From: Podospora anserina
Taxonomy: Eukaryota
Assembly (NCBI GenBank): GCA_017654855.1
Contig: CM030337.1
Coordinates: 3,906,001-3,970,000, forward strand
Direction: 5' to 3'
DNA length: 64,000 nucleotides
The notes under the pieces are model-generated. The model worked only from the letters and a program-made list of their open reading frames with translations. It made no database searches and was not told the origin of the DNA. Below are positions 12,293 to 23,437 of this stretch, in pieces. How positions within the stretch are numbered: position 1 is the first letter of the stretch; each line of letters starts with the position of its first letter. A program made the translations under genes and the position numbers.

Positions 12293-12813
12293 TTAGTTTG
12301 GCTTGGTCAAAATCGCCGTGGGGAACGCTCCGGTGTGAGTCGGCGCGCAGCCGGTAGTGATGTACTCGGTGATGGTGGGGATCACGCATCCGGTAACGCA
12401 CTTGGGGCAGCGGGCGGTGACGGTTTGGGTGGACGTCTTGGGGCAGCAGTCGTCGTGGCAGGGGACCTCCTTTTGCTCGATCTTGATGTAGGCCGGGCAC
12501 ATGATGGGGTCTTTGGGCTCGGGGCAGGCGGTGGCGCAGGCCTTTGGGGTGGTGGTGGTTGTGTGGGTGTAGCAGGAGGGCTTTGCGGAGCAGGCGGTTG
12601 GTTTGCTGGGGGGGGTGATTACGGGGAGGGAGGCTGTGATGGCTGGGCCGCCGCCGGGGACGGTGAGGACTGGGAGGGAGGTGCCGGCTGGGATGGCGGA
12701 GCTGAACGGGGAAAGGGGGGGGGAAGTTAGTCAGTGGGGATGGGAGGAGGGAAGGGGGGAAGGGGGACGTACACTGCTCCGGCGAGGAGGAGGAGGAGGG
12801 GTGGGAGTTGCAT
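12293..12813 (-). CDS. Small secreted cysteine-rich protein (149 aa, 12 Cys; intron 12702-12772)
   Basis: MQLPPLLLLLAGAVSA signal peptide spliced over GTACGT...CTAAC...CAG; mature part contains CSAKPSC, CATAC, PCHDDCC, CPKCVTGC; TATAAA on the minus strand at 12932-12937. Confidence 0.82.
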
Positions 12814-14606
12814 TTTGGTTGGAGAGGTGTGTGTGGGTAGAAGGCTAATAATACCTTTGCTTGATGAGCTGGTGGGTGCTGGTGGTGAAGAGGATGAGAA
12901 AGGACGAGGGGCAAGGTCAGAGTCTGGGAGCTTTATACTCTCACGCCGGCCATACTTTGGTTTCTCCTGTCGTTTTCTGTTCCTGAATCAGACCCTCAGT
13001 TGACATGTGCGATCGACGGTGTCACTCCCAGAGAGGTAGAAACAACGAAACGGTAACAGCGCACAATGCTACGGCAGCGACAAGTTGATGGGGTTAGACC
13101 TGACTTGGCATCACGTTCAATCTGGTGATTTCTGCAGAGAGATCGGGGGTAGAGATGCAGAGATGGGCATGGATACAACGCAGAAAGGGGTCTACACTTT
13201 GAGGTGGTTGTGGCTGCCTCCGATGGGATGCATGTGCTTCGATGAGTGGCAGATGTGTTGAAGATACCCGACGGGTCTCTGCTTTCCGAGCCGGACATAT
13301 GCTCTGCCTGTGCTCATACACAACCCAACCTACTGTGTGTGTCGTCTTGACCCGATGACATTTTATGCTGTCCTTCTCATAGGCATAATTGAAGCTCCAG
13401 CATAAAATCATATCACGGTCCAAAACCCTCCCTGCACTCAACCATACCCAGCTGCGACTTTCTCTCTCGTTCCGGCTGCGTTAATTTACACCTATATTAA
13501 CTGATTGCTACCGTAACAAACATTAGGCGAGCGAGCAAAACCCATAAACCGGGGGTGTACATAACTCGCGGATGTTGTTTCCAGGTTCAGGTCCCAAAGC
13601 CAAGACCACGATGCCCGTTCAGGTAGACGCGGCAGATATAAAGCCGTTATTTTCTTGGAAGCCTCTGGCGTCCAACCTCTCAATATCTGTCAACTTTCCG
13701 AGGGTTTCGTAAGATTCCCGAGGTCTTTTAGAAACCACCGAGGTTTGTCCATAAAAACATGGGGGATAACAGAACGGATACGAACCGGAAACAAACAACT
13801 CTGCTTTCTGGTAGATACCATCCCGGGAAGTGGGAGAAAGTTTCTATTTATGTTTCCTTGGGTTCCTGGAATTGTGGATTTGAGCCAGACCAGAAAACTA
13901 AAACACAGAATCACAACCGTGGTACTGTTATAAGGTATCCAGGGGGCAAGGCAAAACTCGACGTTGCTTTTGGGAAAGCTGGGGAAAGAGCCGATCAATT
14001 GGTCTCGGCATTGAGAGTCAGGAACGGCATGGTGACAGCGTCTGGCCTTGGCCCTTCAACCTCCTCCGCAACGGAAGCATTCCAGTTACTAATTGTGATC
14101 CCTCCGTCTCTCAAAACTGGGGTTTCTGTTGTTGACTTTATCTCTCTTCTGCAAGCAGGACGTCCTATCACACCGACAAACACGCTCCCGTGGGTGCTGA
14201 ATCGCCGGTTCGGAGTCGAAGGCAATGGAACCGGCCCATCCATCATCTCATTCTTACTTTGCTGTTTTCCCGCCCATCTCTTGATGCCCAGCCATACGAG
14301 TTTCAGTAGACAGGTGTCTTATGAGAGTTGAGGGTGTATCAATTACATCTTTCAAGGCCTTTCTCGCACGTTGATACCACGACAAAACATCAGATTTGAG
14401 CAAGTGATGCACCTCACCTCTTATACTTTTCATATCACACAAACATGCTACCCAACCATATCTGTACTCTACTTTACATTTTCTCAAACCATCACGCCTC
14501 CTCTCGCCAAAGTTTTTTTATCCGCATTCTCCCAAAACCCAGTTCATCTACAACGCCACGCAGTATTCATGAATCCAAAAACAACAAAAAAAGAATGATC
14601 CTTGCC

Positions 14607-14635
14607 AAAAAAAAAAAAAAAAAAAAAAAAAAAAA
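14607..14635. repeat. A29 homopolymer downstream of RPO41
   Basis: Run of 29 A seen directly. Confidence 0.9.
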
Positions 14636-14684
14636 CGCCGCCCGATGCGCATGACCCCAGTGTTGTAAATACTTGTGTAGAACA

Positions 14685-17600
14685 TCATGAGAAAAAGTAC
14701 TTGCTCTGCCTCAGCATTTGAATGTCAAAGTCGCCCTTGGCCGGGATGTCGGGGAAGGTCAGTGGAAGCCAGACAGTGACTTTTTGTTGCTGTGTTGTAT
14801 TATTAGGAAAACTTTTGTCCTTTCTTGCCGAGAAAAGGTTCTTCTCCCACTTCTTCCCAGACACTTGGGCGGACTCGTCGGCTTGTTCTCCCTCTCCCAA
14901 GAGCTCTGTTGCGTCAGCCTCGCCCTCCATGCCGTGCTCCATGCCGTCCTCCATGCCATCCTCCGGTGTCGCCGTTGTGTCCGCCTCCGCTTCCACCGCC
15001 TCGGCGGCGCCGACCATCGAGTCAGGTGAACCCAACTTCTCAAGGATGCTAGCAGGCGTAACCATTTCCTCGCCTTCGAGTCTCTCCGAGGGAACCTCCG
15101 ACTTGAGAAGCTTGAGCCGCTTCACTTCGAGCAACAACTCTTGACGGGCTGTCATGCGAAAGACCTTCCGCCAATCTTCGATCGCTTTCCCGGCCGGTGT
15201 GTTCTTGACGACGGTGGCGAGGTATACGGAATCACCAAAGCGGGCTTCAAACTCGCGCTTCAGGCGGCCAATGACATCCTCTTCGTGGATTCTAATGAAC
15301 GAGTCCCTGATGATGTCACTCATGATGTCTACATCAGACGCGTGTGTCCAAAACGAATCGTGGACGGCCGCAAACGTCAGGCCACGCTCATCAGACTCCA
15401 ACGCCGACAGCATCATGTGGCTGGCGTCGAGAGAGTGAATGAAGTTGGGCGGGAAAGCCTGCAGCTGCTTACGTCGGTTCACAGGGTCGGATCGATTCGT
15501 GTCCATGAGGCTGAGATTTTGAAGACAGGTCGCGATCACACGATTGGCCGTGTTACGGTATGGCTGCACCACAGGCATCCGCAGGGGCGTTGTCCATACG
15601 ATGGTGGAGAGAAACTTTTCCTTGAGAGCTTCAAGCGTGGATTCGTTCTTGACCGCTCTGAGCGACTTCGACTTCCGCTTGGGTGCCATGATAGCAACCT
15701 CGTCAGATGCTGCTTTTTTGGGCCGCGGTCTGTGCGAATCGGCTTCATACAAGGCCTGCTGGGCCTGCTGGTGCTCGACCTCATCCTGCTCCTCCATGGC
15801 AATCCTTCTCAGCTGCTCGGCGTTCAGTGACTGGCATACACGGCCGCCTATTTCACCTAGCCACTTCTGGATGTCGTGGGCGCCCTTGAACATGCTAGAC
15901 AGTGCGTCAAACACCTTGCTAGTGCAGTAGGAGGCGAGCACGTTGGGATTGATACCGGTGTCAGCCTCAATGGTGGGATAGAGGGCATCCAGCTGTTTCA
16001 GGATCTGCTTTCTGGCACCTGTTCGAGTGACGCCGTAGACGTTCGTCATGACGGTCTGCTTAACCACCTTTCTGACGATCTTGCCTTTGAGGGCTACCGC
16101 GAGGTCAAGCTTGAGCTCGTCGGCGTCATGGTCTATGCGTTTTGCCACGATATCAGCGACGGCCGAGTAGACATCGGCCGGCCGCTCGCCGGGAATGAGA
16201 TTGACTTGCTCGGCACCCCACGCGTCACCACCGAGAGCGGCATAATGCTGAAGACCATTGCAGGTGCCGTCTTGGTGAATTGGGAGGTGGGACACGAACT
16301 TAGTAGGGTCCGGGTGCTCCAGGGCGTCTGTCAGCTCAAAGCAGGTCGCAAGGCATTGCCATGGGTCCTCGGCCTTGAGCCACCAGCCGTTGCCATTCAG
16401 CGGGTTCCGAACCGAGTCGAGCGCGTTCTGAAGGTTTTCATTGGCAAACTCCTCACGCTCGGCCAAACTCGCCTTGTCGAAACCGTAGACGTTGGCGAGA
16501 TGGATCTTGAGCCACCGCAGCCCGTTGGTGCCCAGCGGCTTTCCCTTGGCAAACTTGAGCAGGCCGCGCATGTGGTCAGCACCCATATGGTTAAGGTAGG
16601 TCGGAACCGGGTACGCTCGCCCACGGAAATCCAGATTGTGAGGGAAGAAGAAAGTCTGGTCACGGAAGGCTCGTGCGATCTCCAACTGGAAATTCATAAA
16701 GCATCGCTGCGAGTGCAGACCGCCCTTTTCGTTCTCGACGGCCTTGACAGCCTTGAGCCAAACACGTCGGGCCAAGGGGTCGTCCAGGTTTTCAGGCTCG
16801 GGCGGCATCGGCAGGTTGGGGTTCACGGCTGGAATGTTGGCGACTTCTGCTCCGTTGTTCCAGGCTTCAAGCATGACATCGAACACCTTGCGGTTGATTC
16901 TCCAAGCTGTTTGCCCCAACACATCGAGCCCCTTCATCATCTGCTCCATGTCGCCTCTCTCGATGGCGGCCTCGGTGTAGATCTGCTGATCCTTCTCCTG
17001 TGCCTTGGCTCGAACCACGGATGTCGGATATTCGATGAACCCGCCCTTCTCCCACTTGGTCCATGGCTCTGGCTCGACCACCATGGGCAGATGCCGGGCA
17101 AGCACCTCAACTCGAGGTTCCGTCTTCAGGATATCGACCAGGGCGCGATTGGGCACAATGACGCCAACCTTCTTTCCCCTCCTCAGCTGGGTTGAATGGG
17201 AGAAGGCGGGCTGCATCTGCGAGACGAGCTCCTTGGTCTCCGGGTGCTCCCTGACGACGGTCACCTTTGCCGTGTCCAGAAAAGCGCCCAGCAGCAGAGC
17301 GCCGAATTTGGTTTTGGTGGTCGCAGGCCACCTTGGCTCCAAAATCGGCAATGGCAAGTCAGAGGAAAAGACCTTGCCATCATTGGCCGCTTGCGCTGGC
17401 TCTTCCTGGCCTCCTCTCTTGGCCGCATAGTAGTCGCGCGCCTTGGCCACCTTCAAGAGCGTCTTCGCCTTTTGCTCACGAGCCTTTTGCGTCCTGGCCA
17501 TCTCTTTTGGGATGCTCTGCGTTGCCTTGTAGACTCGAATGTCTTCTTCGACGCTGCTCGCGAGGTGATGCACGACCCTGGTGAGAGGAACGCCCTTATC

Positions 17601-18968
17601 GACACCATATGTGGAAACCAGACTGAGCAAGGAGAGGATGACTACGGCCGCAAGACGATCAGGAGTTGATTGGAGGAGGTACGGCGTCAATTGGCTCCGA
17701 ACAAGGTCATCACTCGTCTTTTTCTGTCTCTTTTCGGACTCGACCGCCAGTTTTATCTCTTGGGAAATCCTACGCTGCAGGTCGGTATGCCACTCGAAAA
17801 GCCTGGCGTTAAGACCAGGACTCGACAAGCCAAGTCCCATCTCGGACATTGCCTGACTTTCCTTGCGCCAACGGTCGACGGCGGCATCGATTGTATCCTT
17901 CTCCAAGCGAGACTGGATCTCCCTCCGCTCCGCTGGAGAAAGAGAGCTGATGTCTCGGCCATCTGGGACCTCAGTGAAGAGTGAAATGGTCTTCTTTAGT
18001 GATGTGAGGCCAAGACCTTTTTGTGTTGTGGCAAGGACCTCGGGAGGAACGGTCGACTTGGAGTCGATGGAAGACTTGGTCTGGTTGAAGAATTGGGCTG
18101 TTTCATCGTTGATCTTGGGTGCCGGCTCGGGTTCGATGGGGGAAGGCTCGGCCACAGTGTAGGTGAGGGAAGGACTGATTTTTGCTATCCTGGCCAGGTC
18201 CTCAGAGGACAAGATGTCGCCTAGATCCATCGTGGTGTTCTCGGGTAGCAGGCTCATAAACCTATTCACCCGGGTCCGCAATTTGGAGCCGGTACAGCAA
18301 AGCAGTGACAGCTTCAGCATGTACCCGATGGTCTCGCTCCTGGCCGGCAGCACTCCATGAATCCGGGTTTCGTAGAGAGAGAAAACGTCTTCGCCTGCCG
18401 ACTTGCCAGACGTTTCCACATCTTCCCCGCCCATCTCTATCCTCGCAATTCGGGCCCTCAGATAGGCGTGGTGGATCTGAAGCATTTCGAGCACCGAGAG
18501 ACCGCCCAGTTCCTCGAGACGTCTGGCGACCATGGCGGCCCGCTCCAGTCTCCCGACCTTGATGCAGGCATCAAACATGGACAGGAGCTCGGCATGATCA
18601 CCAGGAATGCCGGACTGGTTCATTCGACCTCGGGGGGGGCGCGGCAAATCGTCCGGGACTTGGACTGTGTTGGTGACATCAATGGGCCGCAGCTGATAGA
18701 GCGGGATTGCGTCGAGGGGGGCATTTTCGATATGTTGTTCGGTGACTGTTGTGGCGAGCTTTCTTTCGAAGCCAACAAGAGCACGGTATGTTTTCTTGGT
18801 TGACGGTCTTAACACGGGGCCTGTATTAAGGAAGCGTTGCGTCTCGGCGGGGACACGGCTTGAGCTGGAGGGGAGTAGGCATCTCGAGGGGTGTCGTGAC
18901 GAGCTGGACGTCAGCAGGGTCCGGACTGGGAGTGTATGCCGGGTGGCTACTCGCGACCGAACGAGCAT
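14685..18968 (-). CDS. RPO41: Mitochondrial DNA-directed RNA polymerase (T7-like)
   Basis: PHNLDFRGRAYP, HQDGTCNGLQHYAALGGD, RKVVKQTVMTNVYGVT, FPPNFIHSLDASHM, AVHDSFWTH, C-terminal YFFS; Arg/Ser-rich presequence from MLVRSR at 18968. Confidence 0.97.
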   Translation of the reverse strand: MLVRSRVATRHTLPVRTLLTSSSSRHPSRCLLPSSSSRVPAETQRFLNTGPVLRPSTKKTYRALVGFERKLATTVTEQHIENAPLDAIPLYQLRPIDVTNTVQVPDDLPRPPRGRMNQSGIPGDHAELLSMFDACIKVGRLERAAMVARRLEELGGLSVLEMLQIHHAYLRARIARIEMGGEDVETSGKSAGEDVFSLYETRIHGVLPARSETIGYMLKLSLLCCTGSKLRTRVNRFMSLLPENTTMDLGDILSSEDLARIAKISPSLTYTVAEPSPIEPEPAPKINDETAQFFNQTKSSIDSKSTVPPEVLATTQKGLGLTSLKKTISLFTEVPDGRDISSLSPAERREIQSRLEKDTIDAAVDRWRKESQAMSEMGLGLSSPGLNARLFEWHTDLQRRISQEIKLAVESEKRQKKTSDDLVRSQLTPYLLQSTPDRLAAVVILSLLSLVSTYGVDKGVPLTRVVHHLASSVEEDIRVYKATQSIPKEMARTQKAREQKAKTLLKVAKARDYYAAKRGGQEEPAQAANDGKVFSSDLPLPILEPRWPATTKTKFGALLLGAFLDTAKVTVVREHPETKELVSQMQPAFSHSTQLRRGKKVGVIVPNRALVDILKTEPRVEVLARHLPMVVEPEPWTKWEKGGFIEYPTSVVRAKAQEKDQQIYTEAAIERGDMEQMMKGLDVLGQTAWRINRKVFDVMLEAWNNGAEVANIPAVNPNLPMPPEPENLDDPLARRVWLKAVKAVENEKGGLHSQRCFMNFQLEIARAFRDQTFFFPHNLDFRGRAYPVPTYLNHMGADHMRGLLKFAKGKPLGTNGLRWLKIHLANVYGFDKASLAEREEFANENLQNALDSVRNPLNGNGWWLKAEDPWQCLATCFELTDALEHPDPTKFVSHLPIHQDGTCNGLQHYAALGGDAWGAEQVNLIPGERPADVYSAVADIVAKRIDHDADELKLDLAVALKGKIVRKVVKQTVMTNVYGVTRTGARKQILKQLDALYPTIEADTGINPNVLASYCTSKVFDALSSMFKGAHDIQKWLGEIGGRVCQSLNAEQLRRIAMEEQDEVEHQQAQQALYEADSHRPRPKKAASDEVAIMAPKRKSKSLRAVKNESTLEALKEKFLSTIVWTTPLRMPVVQPYRNTANRVIATCLQNLSLMDTNRSDPVNRRKQLQAFPPNFIHSLDASHMMLSALESDERGLTFAAVHDSFWTHASDVDIMSDIIRDSFIRIHEEDVIGRLKREFEARFGDSVYLATVVKNTPAGKAIEDWRKVFRMTARQELLLEVKRLKLLKSEVPSERLEGEEMVTPASILEKLGSPDSMVGAAEAVEAEADTTATPEDGMEDGMEHGMEGEADATELLGEGEQADESAQVSGKKWEKNLFSARKDKSFPNNTTQQQKVTVWLPLTFPDIPAKGDFDIQMLRQSKYFFS

Positions 18969-19446
18969 TGTTATGTGTGCGAGCTGGGGAGCCTCGGAAA
19001 GTAGGCGAGGGAGGTGGTGGGCGAGGCGGCAGTCGGGGGCGAAGAGTGCGCGGTCCGCGAGAATGGCGGGCGGGTGGGTCAATGATACATGAAACAGGTG
19101 TTTATATATGGCGAGATGCAAAACGAGGGGTGTTTTGATGCAATAGGCCGGTCAAAAGAGGGCTGCCGGCGTCGAAATGGTCAACAGAAAAAGAGAAAAA
19201 TCGAGTGCAGCGATACGTGATGATCGCCTCAAACTGATAACGTCCACAGCCAAAATTTTGCCCACCAGTCCCAACGCTGGTGCAGTCAGTGGGGATGAGC
19301 TCTGCCGTGACCAATCAGATGTGAGACAAGATTTTCCAGAAGGCGAAACGGAGCTGGTCTTCAACGGGCACGGACTCCTCCTGAAAAGATCACCCACGAT
19401 ATCAACATCAACATCACGGCTCATTCAATTGCAAAACAAAACAATC

Positions 19447-20553
19447 ATGGCCGGACCCTCTGTCACCGGAGCCATCCGCTGCTCATCTTGCACTCGGTCT
19501 GTCTTTCGAAGCTTAATAGGAAGCATCGCGGAATCCCGGACACCTCAAGCAGCACTTCGTTCCCAACGTTTGGTAACCCCGGCTGTTGGCTCAAGATATC
19601 ATTCATCTTTTCGAGCATCCCCGCCACTGAGGGGAGGACCCGCCTTGGAAGAAACCCTTCAAAGAAAAGAACTCGACGGATCCATCTCTTCATCGAAACT
19701 CGACAGCAACAATGCAACCACAACCACGACCACCACTACTACCAGCAGCGAGCCATCCGATGTCCCTTGGTACCTCCAGGTTGAGCCGCCAAGACATCCA
19801 ACGCTGATGCACGAGCCGCCACCATTGCCAGACATCCCCGAGGACTCGCCCAAAGTGATGGAACCTCTCCTCAAGTACATCTCAGAGGAATTGGGTATGG
19901 ATGATTTGTCCCTGGTCGACCTGCGTGATAGGGACCCTCCAGCGGCGATAGGCCAAGACGTCATCATGATTGTCGGCACAGCCCGCAGTGAGCGCCATCT
20001 TCACGTCTCTGCTGATCGGTTGGTGCGATGGCTGAGAGGTCGTGGAATTGGTGCCGACGCGGATGGTCTCTTGGGCAGGAATGAGCTCAAGATCAAGTTG
20101 CGCCGTATCGCGCGCAAGGCCAAGATGCTGGGGACCGCGAGGAGTGCTCGTGCCGGTGATGATGGAATCACCACCGGTTGGATCTGCGTCAACCTGGGAA
20201 ACGTTGGTGGGTCGAGAAGGGAGGTTCAGATGGTAGACGAGGAGGGGAGGTCCATGGGTTTTGGCGTGCCCCGGACAGGGGCCTCGGTTATTGTTCAGAT
20301 GTTGACTGAGAGCAGGCGCCAAGAGTTGGATTTGGAAAATCTTTGGGAAGAGATGGGTAGGGAGGCTGTTGAGACCTACGAACGCCCACCGCCCCTCCGA
20401 CGGGACTTCAGTGGATACAAGGCGTATGCCGGTCGTCGCACCAGGTCAGAGGGATATCGTCCTCGACGCATTCGCGAATTCTCTACCGCGGCGGTACCTC
20501 AAGGGACAATAGGGGCTCTTGCGGTGAAGGCGTTCAGGAATGGGCGTGGTTGA
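19447..20553 (+). CDS. ATP25: Mitochondrial ATP25, N-terminal Rsf (RsfS/Iojap-like) half only (368 aa)
   Basis: Presequence with CSSC, then VPWYLQ, LGMDDLSLVDLR..DPP, MIVGTARSERHLHVSADRLVRWLR, ADGLLGRNELKIKLRR, WICVNLG, VQMLTE..R.ELDLENLW. Confidence 0.88.
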   Translation: MAGPSVTGAIRCSSCTRSVFRSLIGSIAESRTPQAALRSQRLVTPAVGSRYHSSFRASPPLRGGPALEETLQRKELDGSISSSKLDSNNATTTTTTTTTSSEPSDVPWYLQVEPPRHPTLMHEPPPLPDIPEDSPKVMEPLLKYISEELGMDDLSLVDLRDRDPPAAIGQDVIMIVGTARSERHLHVSADRLVRWLRGRGIGADADGLLGRNELKIKLRRIARKAKMLGTARSARAGDDGITTGWICVNLGNVGGSRREVQMVDEEGRSMGFGVPRTGASVIVQMLTESRRQELDLENLWEEMGREAVETYERPPPLRRDFSGYKAYAGRRTRSEGYRPRRIREFSTAAVPQGTIGALAVKAFRNGRG

Positions 20554-20727
20554 GGACCCATCGAGGCAACTACCAGGTATGATGTGAGCTGTAATGATTA
20601 GTGTACAACACTGTACTGTATCTGCATGCAACCTTTTGTTACACAACAATGGCATGTCCTTGGCAAATCAGGGTGAAAAAGTGTCTGGGTATGAAGGCTT
20701 TGTGTCACACTCAATTTTCTGTTTCTT

Positions 20728-22014
20728 TTACAACCTCGCAGACTCCTTCATGACCTCTCTCAACATGGGAGCCACCTGCTTTCTGCTACTCCCAACATCC
20801 ATCTGCCTCCAACATGCCCTCCACTCACCACCCTCCTCCCCATCCAGTTCTCCATTGTTCCACTTCTCCAGCCCCAGCGACCCCCCATTCTTCTCGGCAA
20901 ATCTTCTCGCGACCTTCACAGCGTCCTGACCACCCAACCCCCAAACAAGCAGCTCCCTCGTAAAGACACCGCCCGGTTTGGAGACTGTCATAACCGCCGC
21001 AATATCCAGCTGCTGCTCCTTGGCCCAGTCCTTAAGAGCAGCCAAGAACGTCTGCTTATCCCCCACCTCAGCCAAGCAAGTCTCAAAGCCCTGAACAACG
21101 GTTGATATCCCCAAGTTCAACGACCCATCGGTCCACTTTTTGTAATCCTTTCTGAGAATGTCGCGGTAGGACAGGTGAAGGATACTATCCTTCAGCTCCG
21201 AAAGATGATCAAAATACTTCTCTCTGTCGTATCTTTGCCTGTTTGACCTGGCAACACTGAGAGTGGCAACAAGCTTCTCCTCCGCATACGCTGCGGCATT
21301 GACATCCCAGTCTGTGGTCTTGTCTTTTGAAGTGAGTTTGACAGTGTCGATCAAGATGGGAGCCATGGCCACCCTGGCCAGTTCCTCGTCGATTTCTTGG
21401 TGGCTTTGGAGCTGATCCCAGATTGGCTGGCACTGTGAGAGAACGAGACTCATGCAGCTGCCGCATTTGGCGAATACTCTTGGTTGGGCGTCGGAGGGGA
21501 TGATGCCCTCGTCATCGTGGTGGTCGACGCAGCCTATGACGGATTTGTCGTAACCGCGCTTAGTGAGGTCGCCGGTGAGGACGTTGTGGTCGACTAGGTA
21601 CCATTTTGTTGCTGATGGTGGCAGATCAGAAGGTGAAGGGAGGTCGGAGAGGGTGATCAGGTCGTCTGGGGTGACTGAGTTGGAGGAGGGGGCGAAGATT
21701 GCGTTGAGCTCAGCACGGAGGGCAAGGTCGGCAAGGGGGAGGTTGGAGAGCGGGATGTGGAGAGCTGACTGGGATGAAGGGGCATGGGTGCGGAAGTAGG
21801 CATAGAGGACGGCTGAGCAGATTGAATCCAGGTCTGACAAAGAATGTCAGTGAGATGAGATAAGATGGGTATAAATGTGTGTGTATGATGGGGGCATACC
21901 AGCAGACTCATTTCCTACCACAAAAGTGAGAGGATTCGGTCTTTGAGATGGAGGTGCCGTGAGTGCCTTGCGGGCTGTAGCCAAAAATGACTTGAGGGAC
22001 ACCCTCTGTGCCAT
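20728..22014 (-). CDS. PPX1: Exopolyphosphatase, DHH/DHHA2 family (406 aa; intron 21834-21899)
   Basis: VVGNESA|DLDS across the intron, LVDHN, CVDHH, GSCMSL, ILIDT, LRKDYK, SRKQVAP. Confidence 0.93.
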
Positions 22015-22606
22015 GGTGAATTGCACTTTTGGTGAGGATTCTGTGAAGATTCTCCGACTTGAGATGAATGAACTTGCAGCTCGTCTGACCTATATGTCAA
22101 CCTCTGGCCCCTTCAGAGGCTCCTACAACTTCGAATAAAGATACGTACGTAGCACAACGGCAGGTGCGGAGAAAATTGCCCTTCTCGTGTTAAAGGTTCC
22201 CGTCAAGAGTAGCCGTCGGGTATCACACGAGCACAACAGCCTTGCTTGCCTTGTCAGTGTAAATTTAGATGTCAAACAGGGAAGTCCCCATGAGGAACCC
22301 AGGGGCCCAGGACCCGGCAAGCAACGGCTCTTGGCGCTGTCACGGCCCGACAGAACCCTGGAACGCCGTGGCAGGTGGGGGCCGCTTCTCCGACAACGGC
22401 CGAGCTTGAATACGGGAAGGTCCACTCGCGCCTTATCATCTCATCCGTGTCATTGATAAGCCCCGCCGTTGAGCTGCCATCTCATCTCACCCAAACACCA
22501 TTTGTTTTGTCGTGATAGCGCTTCATGATAGTCATTCAGTACCCAGCTGTGTTTTGTTTTTGGACATACCTCAGCTCATACCTACTGTCAACACCACACC
22601 AGCAGC

Positions 22607-23437
22607 ATGGCACCCATCCGCCTCGCCATCCTCGAAGCCGACACTCCGGTTCCCCAAGCCAACGAAAAGTACAAGGGCTACCTCGGCATTTTTACTCACC
22701 TCTTCAGACGTGCTGCGGACCCTGAACCTCTCGAATCAATTTTGACCATCACGGGCCATGACATTGTCGCCTTTCCCTCCACCGCCTACCCCGACCTCGA
22801 CTCGATAGACGCAGTCCTTATCACCGGCTCAAAGTACAACTCGTTTGATAATGACGACTGGATACTGTCCCTGGTGGAATTCACCCGCAAAGCTCTCATC
22901 CATCCCCGCGTAAAAGTAATAGGCGTCTGCTTCGGGCATCAGATCGTGGCCAGGGCAATGGGATGTCTCGTTCAACGAAGTGACAAGGGGTGGGAGGTCT
23001 CAGTGACGGAAACGACTCTCACAGACAAGGGAAAGCAAATATTTGGAAACCACCAAAGTCTTGTACGTTGCCCCTCTCCCCTATCCTTTTCACCTATTCT
23101 AATAACAATCCACCAGAAAATCCAACAAATGCACCGCGACCAAGTCTACGGCATCCCCGCTGGCGCCCAACTCCTCGCCTCCACCGAAAAGTGCCCCAAC
23201 CACGGCTTCCTCGTTCCCAACCGTGTCATCACTATCCAAGGCCACCCGGAATTCACCTCTGAAATCATGAACGAAATCCTCGTCTTGCGGCACGGCACCG
23301 GCTTGTTTACTGACGAAGTGTACCAGTCTGGCGTGCAGCGCAATGGCGATCACCACGACGGGGTGGATGTCACCAAAGTGTTTATCCAATTTCTTCACGG
23401 CGAGTTCGATGAAGAGGAAGATCCAGCGCAAAAATAG
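22607..23437 (+). CDS. Class I glutamine amidotransferase-like protein (in-frame intron 23063-23116)
   Basis: LITGS, GVCFGHQ (catalytic Cys), QMHRD, IQGHPEF (His-Glu); 54-nt GTACGT...CTAAT...CAG intron. Confidence 0.9.
   Translation: MAPIRLAILEADTPVPQANEKYKGYLGIFTHLFRRAADPEPLESILTITGHDIVAFPSTAYPDLDSIDAVLITGSKYNSFDNDDWILSLVEFTRKALIHPRVKVIGVCFGHQIVARAMGCLVQRSDKGWEVSVTETTLTDKGKQIFGNHQSLVRCPSPLSFSPILITIHQKIQQMHRDQVYGIPAGAQLLASTEKCPNHGFLVPNRVITIQGHPEFTSEIMNEILVLRHGTGLFTDEVYQSGVQRNGDHHDGVDVTKVFIQFLHGEFDEEEDPAQK

Noticed and set aside
13000-14600. ORFs of 80-190 aa between the secreted protein and RPO41
   Set aside because: No codon bias, motif or consistent splice structure; treated as intergenic.
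15876-17195. 439-aa plus-strand ORF, and similar long antisense ORFs at 11117-12097, 30145-30960, 39810-40700 and 51377-52204
   Set aside because: Shadows of codon-biased genuine genes on the opposite strand.
14685-18968. T7-like polymerase as a phage or linear-plasmid insertion
   Set aside because: Long N-terminal extension with a presequence, host-like codon usage and a core neighbourhood identify it as the normal nuclear-encoded mitochondrial RNA polymerase.
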